Positions 9,566-18,889 of a stretch of DNA of 64,000 bases are shown one piece after another. Both the position numbers and the translations under genes were made by a program. Origin of the DNA: an uncultured Bacilli bacterium (GTDB lineage Bacteria > Bacillota_I > Bacilli_A > RF39 > UBA660); the NCBI GenBank assembly GCA_944358875.1, contig CALVRZ010000001.1, positions 20,214-84,213 on the forward strand, written 5' to 3'. Below the pieces are notes generated by a model. It searched no databases and was not told where the DNA came from. It saw only the letters and a list, made by a program, of their open reading frames with translations. Position 1 is the first letter of the stretch. Each line of letters begins with the position of its first letter.

Positions 9566-10218
9566 AAAGAAAAATAGCATATGTTATATTATTTATTTTA
9601 ATTATAATGGTAATCAGTATTATTTGTTTTGTTATGTTTTATCCTAAAGAAAAATTAGAAAATAATAAAACTGTTACTTCTTCAGAAATGATTCAGTATT
9701 TAGAAAGCAGTATGTATATGTATGGTGATTATTTAATTAATGATACTAATTATTTAGATCAATTTAATGTATCTAGGGAATATCATGTATATTTAGAAGA
9801 AATGTTAAATAGTGATAAATTTGATCAACAACCTTTAGAATTTTTAGAATGTGATTATAGTAATACTTATTTAAATATTATTATTAATTTGGAGAATGAT
9901 GATATATCATTAGATGCTATTACTGATTGTTTAGTTAATCAAGACCAATATGGAGTGTTTTATAATAGGCAAAAATTAGAAGATAAATTATTAGAATATG
10001 GTAAGGATATAGCTTCTTATTATGATACAACAGATATGGATGATAGTGCCACTATTGAAATTAATTTAGAACAATTACGGGATGTTTATAATCGTGATAT
10101 TTCAATGTTTATGGAAAATTATGACCTGAAAGAAACTAAAGTTTTGATTTCTTTTAACGAAGATACTAGTGGTTATAGTAATGATTATAAATGTGTTTTA
10201 ACTAAGAAAAATGATTGA
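9562..10218 (+). CDS. Membrane protein (single N-terminal TM) translationally coupled (ATGA overlap) to the pilin-like gene
   Basis: Hydrophobic N-terminus IAYVILFILIIMVISIICFVMF. The stop codon lies inside the 62-bp direct repeat. Confidence 0.45.
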   Translation: MKRKIAYVILFILIIMVISIICFVMFYPKEKLENNKTVTSSEMIQYLESSMYMYGDYLINDTNYLDQFNVSREYHVYLEEMLNSDKFDQQPLEFLECDYSNTYLNIIINLENDDISLDAITDCLVNQDQYGVFYNRQKLEDKLLEYGKDIASYYDTTDMDDSATIEINLEQLRDVYNRDISMFMENYDLKETKVLISFNEDTSGYSNDYKCVLTKKND

Positions 10219-10244
10219 CAATATACTTAATTTTATTATATAAT
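10183..10244. repeat. 62-bp perfect direct repeat, left copy, flanking the IS (target-site duplication)
   Basis: GATTATAAATGTGTTTTAACTAAGAAAAATGATTGACAATATACTTAATTTTATTATATAAT is identical at 12251-12312. It contains TTGACA-N18-TATAAT. Confidence 0.85.
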
Positions 10245-12250
10245 CTCAAATTTGACAGTTGTATAAAGTTAAAAACTCACAAACCCTTTATTTATAAGGG
10301 AATGCGAGTTTTTTTGAATTTAGAAAAATGGCGTACATAATTCTTATTTATTTCATATCTAAAATTTCTTTAATTTTTTTGTAAGTTATTATCTCAGTAT
10401 CAGTATTTATGCCTAAAAAATCATGTAAAGCATCTGTTAAATCATCTCTTGTTTGTATTGGTTCAAATCCTTTTCCATTGTGCTCTAATAATTTCATTTC
10501 TTGTAATTTTGATATTATTTCATTTACAGTATATTTATCATCCAATTGATGTTCTAGATATCTATAGATAAATAATGCTAAGAAGCAAGTAATAAAATGT
10601 CCTTTTATTCTATCTTCGCGTGATAAATGAACTGTCCCAGAATCAAAGTCATCTTTCATAATTCTAAATGATTCTTCAATTTCCCATCTACCATTCATAA
10701 CTTTTATAATTGTTGCAGTATCATCAATTAAATTAGTTGTTATTCCGTATAAACCATTATATTTTTCTTCATTTTTATAAATTTCTTCATCTATGATATA
10801 TTCTATATTACAGGCGATTTCTCCAGCATCGGTTGTTTTAATTTCTTTAATAAATCTTTTAGGATCATTAGGATTTTTACTTATTTTTATTTTTTCAACA
10901 TCTTTTTTCTTTGCTATTTTTTTATTTTTCTTATTAGTTTCTTCAACTAGTTTTCTGGCACGCTCTAATTGATGTAATTTTAAATTGTACTGGTAGACTT
11001 GATATTTAAAAGAAAAAGTTACTATTAAAGTTTGCATTACTGATGCTGTTTCACATTCAATTTCTTTATAAAATATGGTGTTAAAATATTTCTTTTTTAA
11101 TTGTTCGTCTTTTTCAATTTCATCAAGATTATAAACATTCATAAGGTTTCCTAAGATTCGCCATCCTTTTCTATCTAAAGCAAATTCTTGTAATTTATTA
11201 TTTAATTTTTTTATAGATTGAGTAATTACAAAACCACGACCATCTTTGACATTAAATTTTTTAATTTCATCGGTACACATGGCTGCATCAGTACATACAA
11301 TTATGTTACTACCAGCCATGTTATAATTTTTTAAAAACTCTTCCTCAGTAGGAATCATGGTCTTAGTTTCAGAAGTATTTCCAGGATTAATATTCATAGC
11401 AAAAGGATAGCCATCAGCATCCATAAATAATCCCATTTGTACAAGTGGATTAGGTTGATGTTGTTTACTTATTCCATACCTTTGAAAATCATTTTCTTCA
11501 GTGTAGAAAAAATAGTTTGTACAATCATAATAAATAACCTTGTAATTTCTATCGATGACTTTACTACTATTGTCAAATAGTTCTTTTTGAATAGTATTTA
11601 TTTCATGTGATAAATAGGTTAATGTTCTATAAACATGTTGAAGATCAAAGTCATAATTTCCTATAAATTTTCTTGATTGTTCAAATGTTGAAAGTTTAGA
11701 AGAAGGCCATATGATACGAGCATATAGTAAGCATTCAACAACTGCATTTATATCAAATGTAAATTTATATTTATCTTTAATATTTTTACATATTTTATCA
11801 ATACCTAGATCATAATAAATTTTTCTTAAGAAAAAATGTCCAGAATAGAAGCAACGATTTATATTTTTTTCTATTTGTTTATTAGGATTTAAAGTTAAAT
11901 TAACGGGTAATTCTTTTCCATCTTTTATCATCTGATTTAAAGAGTTGATATACTCTTTGACTTTATCCATAGTATTTTCAGTACCAAATCTTTCTTTTAA
12001 GTTTTGGTCATTACCTAAGTTTTCATAAACATAAGTAGATTTTTTTCCATTAAGTTTTTTATAATCAGCAATTATGGCATAGTTATTATTGCTTTTTGTT
12101 GATACAGTTTTGAGTCTCATAAGTGTGGTACCTCCTTACATTATATTAATATTATATCATGTACGGCTTATGTACGCAAGAGTAAAATTAAAAAAAACTA
12201 GGATTTATAAGGCCTAGAACACAATTTTTTATTACAAGTGTCAAAGATGG
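10245..12250 (-). mobile_element. IS1634-family insertion sequence (~2.0 kb) with imperfect terminal inverted repeats (AAATTTGACAGTTGTATAAA / reverse complement ATCTTTGACACTTGTAATAAA)
   Basis: Single long DDE-type transposase ORF. Inverted termini read by eye (~16/21). Immediately bounded by a 62-bp direct repeat. Long variable target duplications are a known property of IS1634. Confidence 0.65.
10348..12120 (-). CDS. IS1634-family transposase
   Basis: N-terminus MRLKTVSTKSNNNYAIIADYKKLNGKKSTYVYENLG follows the IS1634-family pattern (K-x-NG-x-YYxI-x-SY...LG). ~590 aa with DDE-like acidic residues. Confidence 0.6.
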   Translation of the reverse strand: MRLKTVSTKSNNNYAIIADYKKLNGKKSTYVYENLGNDQNLKERFGTENTMDKVKEYINSLNQMIKDGKELPVNLTLNPNKQIEKNINRCFYSGHFFLRKIYYDLGIDKICKNIKDKYKFTFDINAVVECLLYARIIWPSSKLSTFEQSRKFIGNYDFDLQHVYRTLTYLSHEINTIQKELFDNSSKVIDRNYKVIYYDCTNYFFYTEENDFQRYGISKQHQPNPLVQMGLFMDADGYPFAMNINPGNTSETKTMIPTEEEFLKNYNMAGSNIIVCTDAAMCTDEIKKFNVKDGRGFVITQSIKKLNNKLQEFALDRKGWRILGNLMNVYNLDEIEKDEQLKKKYFNTIFYKEIECETASVMQTLIVTFSFKYQVYQYNLKLHQLERARKLVEETNKKNKKIAKKKDVEKIKISKNPNDPKRFIKEIKTTDAGEIACNIEYIIDEEIYKNEEKYNGLYGITTNLIDDTATIIKVMNGRWEIEESFRIMKDDFDSGTVHLSREDRIKGHFITCFLALFIYRYLEHQLDDKYTVNEIISKLQEMKLLEHNGKGFEPIQTRDDLTDALHDFLGINTDTEIITYKKIKEILDMK

Positions 12251-12312
12251 GATTATAAATGTGTTTTAACTAAGAAAAATGATTGACAATATACTTAATT
12301 TTATTATATAAT
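12251..12312. repeat. 62-bp direct repeat, right copy (target-site duplication)
   Basis: Identical to 10183-10244. Confidence 0.85.
12283..12312 (+). promoter_or_regulatory. Sigma-A-type promoter TTGACA-N18-TATAAT within the right repeat copy, positioned to drive the flp-like gene and feoAB
   Basis: Consensus hexamers. A duplicate sits at 10215-10244 just before the IS. Confidence 0.5.
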
Positions 12313-12337
12313 TGTTTATATAAGTAGGAGGCTTGTA

Positions 12338-12559
12338 ATGATGAGATTGAATAATAAAGGGCAGACTTTAGTTGAATATGTATTGATTATTTCTTTGATT
12401 ACGGTTTTGGCTATTGCTTTAGTTAAGATATTTGGAGGTTATTTGAAGGATTCTGTTACTAAAATGGGTTGTTCAATTGCCGGCAAAGAATATGTTGAGG
12501 GAGAAAAAATTGGTGAAGCTTATTGTTCAGGAGACGAAGATAAGTTGTTTAGTGATTAG
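12338..12559 (+). CDS. Flp/Fap-family pilin-like small protein (class III signal peptide, G/QTLVEY motif)
   Basis: MMRLNNKGQTLVEYVLIISLITVLAIALVKIFG resembles Flp prepilins (G-[AT]-x-x-IEY-[GA]-L-I). RBS AGGAGG. Confidence 0.45.
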   Translation: MMRLNNKGQTLVEYVLIISLITVLAIALVKIFGGYLKDSVTKMGCSIAGKEYVEGEKIGEAYCSGDEDKLFSD

Positions 12560-12626
12560 AACTTTATAGTTCTTTTTTTTTCACATTATAATTGGGCTTT
12601 CATAGATTATTATAGGGAGTGATATA

Positions 12627-12857
12627 ATGTGGATGAAACTTAGTGATATAAAAGTAGGAGAAGAAGCAAGGGTTACAGATATTAGGGTTAATGGTGATAT
12701 TAAGAGAAGACTTTATGATATTGGGCTTATTCCAGGTACTATTATTAAAGCTGTTATGCAAAGTCCTTTTGGAGAGCCTATTGCTTATAACATTAGGGGA
12801 AGTATTATAGCTATTCGAAAAGAAGATACAAGTAAGATTTTGGTTGAGGTGTTATAG
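12627..12857 (+). CDS. feoA: Ferrous iron transport protein A
   Basis: Small SH3-like FeoA (LSDIKVGEEARVTDI...RLYDIGLIPGTII), immediately upstream of feoB. Confidence 0.8.
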   Translation: MWMKLSDIKVGEEARVTDIRVNGDIKRRLYDIGLIPGTIIKAVMQSPFGEPIAYNIRGSIIAIRKEDTSKILVEVL

Positions 12858-14927
12858 ATGACTTATAAGATTGCTTTAGCAGGTAATCCTAATGTTGGTA
12901 AAAGTACTATTTTTAATGCTTTAACGGGTCTTCATCAACATACGGGAAATTGGTCGGGGAAAACGGTTAGTAATGCTAAGGGATTATATTGCTATAATGG
13001 TAATGAATATGAACTTTATGATTTACCAGGAACTTATTCATTAATTGCTCATTCAGAAGAAGAGTTAGTAGCGAGAGATTTTATTTGTTTTGAAGATAGT
13101 GATATGACAATTGTTGTGTGTGATGCAATAATGTTGGAGCGTAATTTGAATTTGATTTTACAAATAATTGAAATCAATCCTCAAGTTTTAGTATGTGTTA
13201 ATTTATTAGATGAGGCCAAGAAGAAAGGAATTGAAATTGATTTATTAAAATTAGAACAGAAATTAGGAGTAAAAGTCGTGGGAACAACGGCTAGAAAGGG
13301 AATTGGGCTTGATAGTTTAAAAGAAAAAGTAGAACAAATGGTTTTAGAGAAAACTAGTATTAAAGGTATTACTATTAATTATGGTAAAGAATTAGAAAAA
13401 AGTATAACGAATATTAGAAATTATTTGGATAAATTAAAGCTTGGTATTAATACGAGATGGTTAGCACTTAGATTATTATGTAATGATAAAGAAGCAGTTA
13501 AATCTTGTTTCAATTATTTAAATTTTGATATAGATAATGATAGTGATCTTTTAAAATTGATAGATAAAGAGGTTAGATTTTTAGATAAGAATAATATTAA
13601 ACGAGATGAAATTAATGAAGTAGTAGTTAATACTATTTTTGATATTTCTAAAATGATTAGTTTAGAAGTCGTTTCTTATAGTAAGATAGACTATGATAAA
13701 AGAGATCGAAAAATAGATCGTATTTTGACTAATAAGATAACGGGTATACCTATAATGATATTATCATTACTTGGTATTTTGTGGCTTACAATTGTGGGTA
13801 GTAATTATCCTTCTAGTTTGCTTTATGATTTTTTATTTAGTTTAGAACAACCTTTATATAATTTACTTAGTTTTCTTCCTTCTTTTTTACAAGATATGTT
13901 AGTTTTGGGAATGTATAGGACAGTAGCATGGGTAGTATCAGTTATGTTACCACCGATGGCCATCTTTTTTCCTTTATTTACGATTTTAGAAGATTTGGGT
14001 TATTTGCCAAGAATTGCTTTTAATTTAGATAAATTTTTTAAGAAATGTTCTTCTTGTGGAAAGCAGGCTTTATGTATGTGTATGGGTTTTGGTTGTAATG
14101 CTGTTGGAGTAACAGGAAGTAGGATTATTGATTCAAAAAGAGAAAGATTAATTGCTATTTTGACTAATTGCTTTGTTCCTTGTAATGGAAGATTTCCAAT
14201 GATCATTGCTATTATTACAATGTTTTTTGTAGGTTTTAATACAGGAATAGTAAGTAGCTTGACTAGTGCTTTATTTCTTCTTTTGGTAATACTACTTGGA
14301 ATTGGGATGACTTTTTTAGTTTCTTGGATTTTGTCAAAAACTTTATTAAAAGGTGAACCTACTTCTTTTGTTTTAGAATTACCTCCTTATCGAAGACCCC
14401 AGATATTAAAAGTTATTGGAAGAAGTATCGTGGATAGAACACTACATATTTTAGGAAGAGCTATCGCGGTTGCTGCTCCGTGTGGTATTATTGTTTTTCT
14501 TCTTTCTAATATTATGATTGATGGTAATAATATTCTTAGTATCATAGCAAATTATTTGGATCCACTTGCTGATTTAATTGGTCTTGATGGAGTTATAATA
14601 CTTGCTTTTATTTTAGGATTTCCGGCGAATGAAATAGTTATACCAATCATGTTAATGATGTATTTAAATACAGGAACTTTGGTAGAATATGATAGTTTAG
14701 AATCTTTAAAAACCATTTTATTAAATAATGGATGGACGTGGTTGACGGCGGTTTGTGTAGTGGTCTTCTCGTTACTACATTTTCCTTGTTCGACAACTTG
14801 TTTAACGATAAAGAAAGAAACTAACTCTTGGAAATGGGCAATATTAGGATTTATTATACCTACGATGGTGGGAATTCTAATGTGTTTTATAATAACAACA
14901 GTAGTAAGACTACTTGGTTTGGTTTAA
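12858..14927 (+). CDS. feoB: Ferrous iron transport protein B
   Basis: G-protein domain IALAGNPNVGKSTIFNALTG, DLPGTYSL, plus a polytopic membrane domain. Confidence 0.9.
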   Translation: MTYKIALAGNPNVGKSTIFNALTGLHQHTGNWSGKTVSNAKGLYCYNGNEYELYDLPGTYSLIAHSEEELVARDFICFEDSDMTIVVCDAIMLERNLNLILQIIEINPQVLVCVNLLDEAKKKGIEIDLLKLEQKLGVKVVGTTARKGIGLDSLKEKVEQMVLEKTSIKGITINYGKELEKSITNIRNYLDKLKLGINTRWLALRLLCNDKEAVKSCFNYLNFDIDNDSDLLKLIDKEVRFLDKNNIKRDEINEVVVNTIFDISKMISLEVVSYSKIDYDKRDRKIDRILTNKITGIPIMILSLLGILWLTIVGSNYPSSLLYDFLFSLEQPLYNLLSFLPSFLQDMLVLGMYRTVAWVVSVMLPPMAIFFPLFTILEDLGYLPRIAFNLDKFFKKCSSCGKQALCMCMGFGCNAVGVTGSRIIDSKRERLIAILTNCFVPCNGRFPMIIAIITMFFVGFNTGIVSSLTSALFLLLVILLGIGMTFLVSWILSKTLLKGEPTSFVLELPPYRRPQILKVIGRSIVDRTLHILGRAIAVAAPCGIIVFLLSNIMIDGNNILSIIANYLDPLADLIGLDGVIILAFILGFPANEIVIPIMLMMYLNTGTLVEYDSLESLKTILLNNGWTWLTAVCVVVFSLLHFPCSTTCLTIKKETNSWKWAILGFIIPTMVGILMCFIITTVVRLLGLV

Positions 14928-14930
14928 GGT

Positions 14931-14958
14931 ACTAGTTTGGCTAGTACTTTTTGGATTA
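14931..14958 (+). terminator. Rho-independent terminator after feoB (GTACTAG-TTTGG-CTAGTAC + T-run)
   Basis: Perfect 7-bp stem followed by TTTTT. Confidence 0.6.
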
Positions 14959-15013
14959 TAATTTACAAAAACAATTATTTATGTTATGATTATGGAAAAG
15001 AGAGGTAATAGAT

Positions 15014-15955
15014 GTGAAAAAATTATTGTCAGTAGTTGTTTCTTGTTATAATGAAGAAGCAGCCATTCCTTATTTTTACGATGAAATCGTTAAGACGGCG
15101 AAAGAGATGAAAGAGGTTAATTTTGAATTCATTTTTGTAAATGATGGAAGTAAGGATAAAACATTAGAAATTCTTAAAAGTTTAGCTAACAAAGATAAAA
15201 GAGTGAAATTTGTTTCTTTTTCAAGAAATTTTGGGAAAGAAGCAGCGATGATGGCAGGACTAGAATACTCTAAAGGAGATTATGTAACACTTATGGATGC
15301 TGATTTGCAAGATCCGCCGGCACTTTTACCAGAAATGTATAATTACATTGTTAATGAAGGTTATGATTGTGTGGGTACGAGAAGGGTAACTAGAAAAGGA
15401 GAACCCCCAATTAGGAGTTTCTTTGCTAGAATGTTCTATAAAATTATTAATAAAATATCAAAAGTTGAGATGGTCGATGGAGCTCGTGATTATAGACTTA
15501 TGACAAGACAGATGGTCGATGCTATTTTGTCTTTGAAAGAATATAATCGTTATTCAAAGGGATTATTTAGTTTTGTTGGTTTTAATACTAAATGGCTAGA
15601 ATATGAAAATGTTGAAAGAGTCGCAGGGGAGACAAAATGGTCATTTTGGAAATTACTTATTTATGCAATTGAAGGAATTACCGCTTTTTCGACAGTGCCT
15701 TTGATGATATCAGTAGTAATTGGATTATTATTCTGTTTAATTTCTTTTATTATGATTGTTGTTATTATTGTAAAAACTTTAGTTTTTGGAGATCCAACTT
15801 CAGGATGGCCTAGTCTAGCTTGTATTATTTTCTTAGTAAGCGGTGTTCAGTTGTTTTCAATTGGAGTATTAGGCCAATATTTAGCTAAGACTTATTTGGA
15901 AACAAAGAAAAGACCTGTTTATATTATTAAAGAGACAGAAAAAGATTTAGATTAA
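15014..15955 (+). CDS. GT2 glycosyltransferase, GtrB/CsbB-like polyisoprenyl-phosphate glycosyltransferase (GTG start)
   Basis: SVVVSCYNEE, FVNDGSKD, DADLQDPP motifs and two C-terminal TM helices. Confidence 0.75.
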   Translation: MKKLLSVVVSCYNEEAAIPYFYDEIVKTAKEMKEVNFEFIFVNDGSKDKTLEILKSLANKDKRVKFVSFSRNFGKEAAMMAGLEYSKGDYVTLMDADLQDPPALLPEMYNYIVNEGYDCVGTRRVTRKGEPPIRSFFARMFYKIINKISKVEMVDGARDYRLMTRQMVDAILSLKEYNRYSKGLFSFVGFNTKWLEYENVERVAGETKWSFWKLLIYAIEGITAFSTVPLMISVVIGLLFCLISFIMIVVIIVKTLVFGDPTSGWPSLACIIFLVSGVQLFSIGVLGQYLAKTYLETKKRPVYIIKETEKDLD

Positions 15956-15986
15956 AACAAACATTGTAACAAAGGTGTGATAGGAA

Positions 15987-16445
15987 ATGAGTAAAAATGT
16001 TTTATTAATTATTCTTTTAGGAATATTTTTGATGGTAGTAACGGGTTGTGATAATAATGAACAGAGGACAGATAATACTAGTAATATGAATGAAGAACAA
16101 GATGTATCAAATGTAGATATTGATAATAATAGTAATGATGATACCTTATCAATGGATGAAGTTAATGGTGAAGATACATCGGATGATTATTATGTAGGAA
16201 CTTATTATTTAGCTTTAACGGATGGATCTTTAGCTAAAGATGGATCTGGAACAATTATTTTAAATGCTGATGGAACGTGTACCTATTATTATGGTTGGTC
16301 TGATTTTGGGTGTATTTCCTATACTGTTTATGATCATTTAATAACTCTTAAAACAACGGAAAATTCATCTGATATTCAATTAACACTTACGGTAGATAAT
16401 GATACTTTAATTGATAGTGCTAATGAAAAATATATTAAGGAGTAA
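15987..16445 (+). CDS. Lipoprotein of unknown function (acidic, Asn/Asp-rich)
   Basis: Signal peptide with lipobox VTGC. Confidence 0.45.
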   Translation: MSKNVLLIILLGIFLMVVTGCDNNEQRTDNTSNMNEEQDVSNVDIDNNSNDDTLSMDEVNGEDTSDDYYVGTYYLALTDGSLAKDGSGTIILNADGTCTYYYGWSDFGCISYTVYDHLITLKTTENSSDIQLTLTVDNDTLIDSANEKYIKE

Positions 16446-16553
16446 GAACTTTAATTAATTGTAGGTTGAGTACTTTTTTCTTTTTTTTAATGAAATTTGA
16501 CATTTTATTAAAAATGAGTATAATATTCTATACGAAAAAGGGGGGGAATTATA

Positions 16554-17228
16554 ATGAAAAAGGAATATAATAAATTATATATTAATTATTTATTTAATAT
16601 TTTTAAGAAAGTTAATGGTTTAAATGATAATGCTAGATATGATGATTATTGGGTTGAATTTAGAGATTTTTTAATTAAATATGAAGATGTTAGTAATAAG
16701 TATGCTAAGTATTTAGAATATCTGGGAATTAATGGATATGAAGGACCTATAATGGAATATGGTTCTGGTAAGAGTGATACGGTAGCTACTACATTAATTG
16801 ATGATCATTACCCAGTAGTTGTAGTTAGTGAAAAATATGCTAGTACTTTTGATGGCAGTGGTATTCTAGCATATAATGGTAAGATTATATGTGATTATGA
16901 TGATGTTAGAATTAGGTATGATAGAGATAATGTTAATAGAATTAATGTAGATAAGTTTCGTTCTATTGTCTGTCATAGTCCAATTGAATTAATTGGTTTA
17001 AATGAAATTTACTTATTACTTGCTCTATCTTCTAAGAAAAGTGACGTTTATATTGGTAGATATGGTTATATAACTGATAAAAATTGGCCTCAAGTGATAA
17101 GTGATATGAAAGAATTGCGAAAGAAAATAGATTTTATAAATAGAGATACAGAAGTTATATATAATGAAGATTTTATGGGTAATTATTATTTTTCTAATAT
17201 TATGGTTAAGAGTAGAAGAAGACGCTAG
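16554..17228 (+). CDS. Hypothetical cytoplasmic protein
   Basis: ORF with RBS GGGGGG. No recognisable motifs. Confidence 0.4.
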   Translation: MKKEYNKLYINYLFNIFKKVNGLNDNARYDDYWVEFRDFLIKYEDVSNKYAKYLEYLGINGYEGPIMEYGSGKSDTVATTLIDDHYPVVVVSEKYASTFDGSGILAYNGKIICDYDDVRIRYDRDNVNRINVDKFRSIVCHSPIELIGLNEIYLLLALSSKKSDVYIGRYGYITDKNWPQVISDMKELRKKIDFINRDTEVIYNEDFMGNYYFSNIMVKSRRRR

Positions 17229-17245
17229 TAGTCTTCTTTTTACAT
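17213..17245 (+). terminator. Terminator overlapping the stop of the preceding gene (AGAAGAC-GCTAGTA-GTCTTCT + T-run)
   Basis: 7-bp perfect stem and a T-run. Confidence 0.5.
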
Positions 17246-17273
17246 ATTTTAGGGAATAAATATCATAATAATA

Positions 17274-18383
17274 TTGGTGATATTTATGACTAATGGTAAA
17301 AGGTATAATTTATTTATCTTAATTAGTACTTTAGCTAGAAATATAGTTGAGATTTTTTCTTCAGTTATTTTATATGAAAAAGGATATAGTGTTAAGGATA
17401 TCTTGTTATTTTTTGCTATTTTATATGGATTTGGTATTGTTGTTAATATAGTTAGTATTTACTTGGGTAGGATAATTAAACAAAAAAATATTTTAATTAT
17501 TTCTAGTTTAATATATGGTTATGCTTTTTATTATTTATCGACAATGAGTATTAACTTAACTAATTTAGTTATTTATAGTATTTTACTTTCAATAGGTAGT
17601 TATACTTATCATGCAATGCGTCATTATTTAGCACTTAGTATTTTACCTAAAGATAATAAAAAAGAAATTGGAAGTATTTTGATATGTAGTTATATAGCTA
17701 TTATTGTTTCATCATATCTGGGGGGATATATTACTAATAATTTGGGTATTATGTGGACTTTAGGAATTGTTATTATTTCTTCACTTATTAGTATTATTCC
17801 CATTATTAAGTTAGAGGTTAAGAATGATAAAAAAAAGATCAAATATGATTATAAGGGAATTAAGAAAAATAAGATTGCTTTTTTTATCTTCGAACAATTT
17901 AAAGTAATATTTTTATCTATTCAACCTTTATTTTTATATATTTATGCTAAAAGTGATATTGAATATATAGGTATTTTTAATGCTTTATTAGGAGTTGCTT
18001 CGGTTTTATTTGTTTACTTTATTAGTAGAAAAGTTAATTTGAAAAAAATATTTTGGATAGGTAATTTGTTATTTTGTCTGGTTTTAATCTTTAAAATTAA
18101 TATTACATCTTCTAGTATTTTGCTTATTATTGCTTTTTTGGAAGGTTTACTTACTAAAATGTATGAAATGGTTAGTACTACTAATATATATAGTAAAGAT
18201 TATAAGGATATTAGTAGTTATTTGATACTTACTGAATTTATTTTTTGTTTGGTTAGATCTTTAATATGTTTATTCTTTTATTTCTTTATTAGTGATGTTA
18301 AATTAATGTTATATATTTGTATTGGTGGTATTTTAATAAGTGGTTTTGTTAGATATGAATATAAAGATAGATTGGAATATTGA
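17274..18383 (+). CDS. Polytopic membrane protein (>=10 TM segments), possibly MFS-like transporter
   Basis: Hydropathy pattern only. Confidence 0.4.
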   Translation: MVIFMTNGKRYNLFILISTLARNIVEIFSSVILYEKGYSVKDILLFFAILYGFGIVVNIVSIYLGRIIKQKNILIISSLIYGYAFYYLSTMSINLTNLVIYSILLSIGSYTYHAMRHYLALSILPKDNKKEIGSILICSYIAIIVSSYLGGYITNNLGIMWTLGIVIISSLISIIPIIKLEVKNDKKKIKYDYKGIKKNKIAFFIFEQFKVIFLSIQPLFLYIYAKSDIEYIGIFNALLGVASVLFVYFISRKVNLKKIFWIGNLLFCLVLIFKINITSSSILLIIAFLEGLLTKMYEMVSTTNIYSKDYKDISSYLILTEFIFCLVRSLICLFFYFFISDVKLMLYICIGGILISGFVRYEYKDRLEY

Positions 18384-18423
18384 TTATTTATGATAGGAAC
18401 TGAGGGACGCCATGCGATTAATT

Positions 18424-18590
18424 GTTACTATTCACAGCTAAATTCGACAATTAATTTCTTTATTTTAAGGACTTTATTGTATTTTTGAGTTTATAAATAT
18501 GTGTAATAGCAAGTATTCACAGCCTATTTTTATCCAAATTTTAAATTTAAAGTACTATAAATTAAAGGGCAAAAGGCTGTGAATAGTAAC
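18424..18590. mobile_element. MITE-like 167-bp element, copy 1: 15-bp perfect terminal inverted repeats GTTACTATTCACAGC...GCTGTGAATAGTAAC, flanked by 8-bp direct repeat GATTAATT
   Basis: Near-identical copy at 32955-33121 with a different 8-bp flank duplication. No internal ORF. Confidence 0.8.
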
Positions 18591-18619
18591 GATTAATTAA
18601 AAAAACACTTAAAAAACTA

Positions 18620-18648
18620 TTGCATTTATTTTATGTGTGTTGTACAAT
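18620..18648 (+). promoter_or_regulatory. Promoter TTGCAT-N17-TACAAT (TG immediately upstream) heading an ORF-poor ~260-nt transcript that ends at the 18890-18918 terminator
   Basis: Near-consensus hexamers with 17-bp spacing. Confidence 0.45.
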
Positions 18649-18889
18649 TATATTTGTAAGACAACTCCCAATAATTTTTTCTTAACTTTTATATTTTATA
18701 TCTTTTATATCTAATTATTATTATAATTAATGACTTTATTTTGTCAAATTATGTATTTTATTCAAGTACGGTGGCGACCATCGGAATTTATGCCTATAAT
18801 AACAATAGTAATATTTATAGTAGGAAACCTAGGAGGTAACGACTAGGATGATAAATTTAATTTTATCTTATGTCCTAGAGTTGTTTTAC

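Noticed and set aside
18761-18846. Riboswitch-like segment (ACGGTGGCGACCATCGG...) upstream of the 18890 terminator
   Set aside because: I could not match it to any riboswitch class consensus by eye. Reported only as part of the generic promoter-terminator unit.
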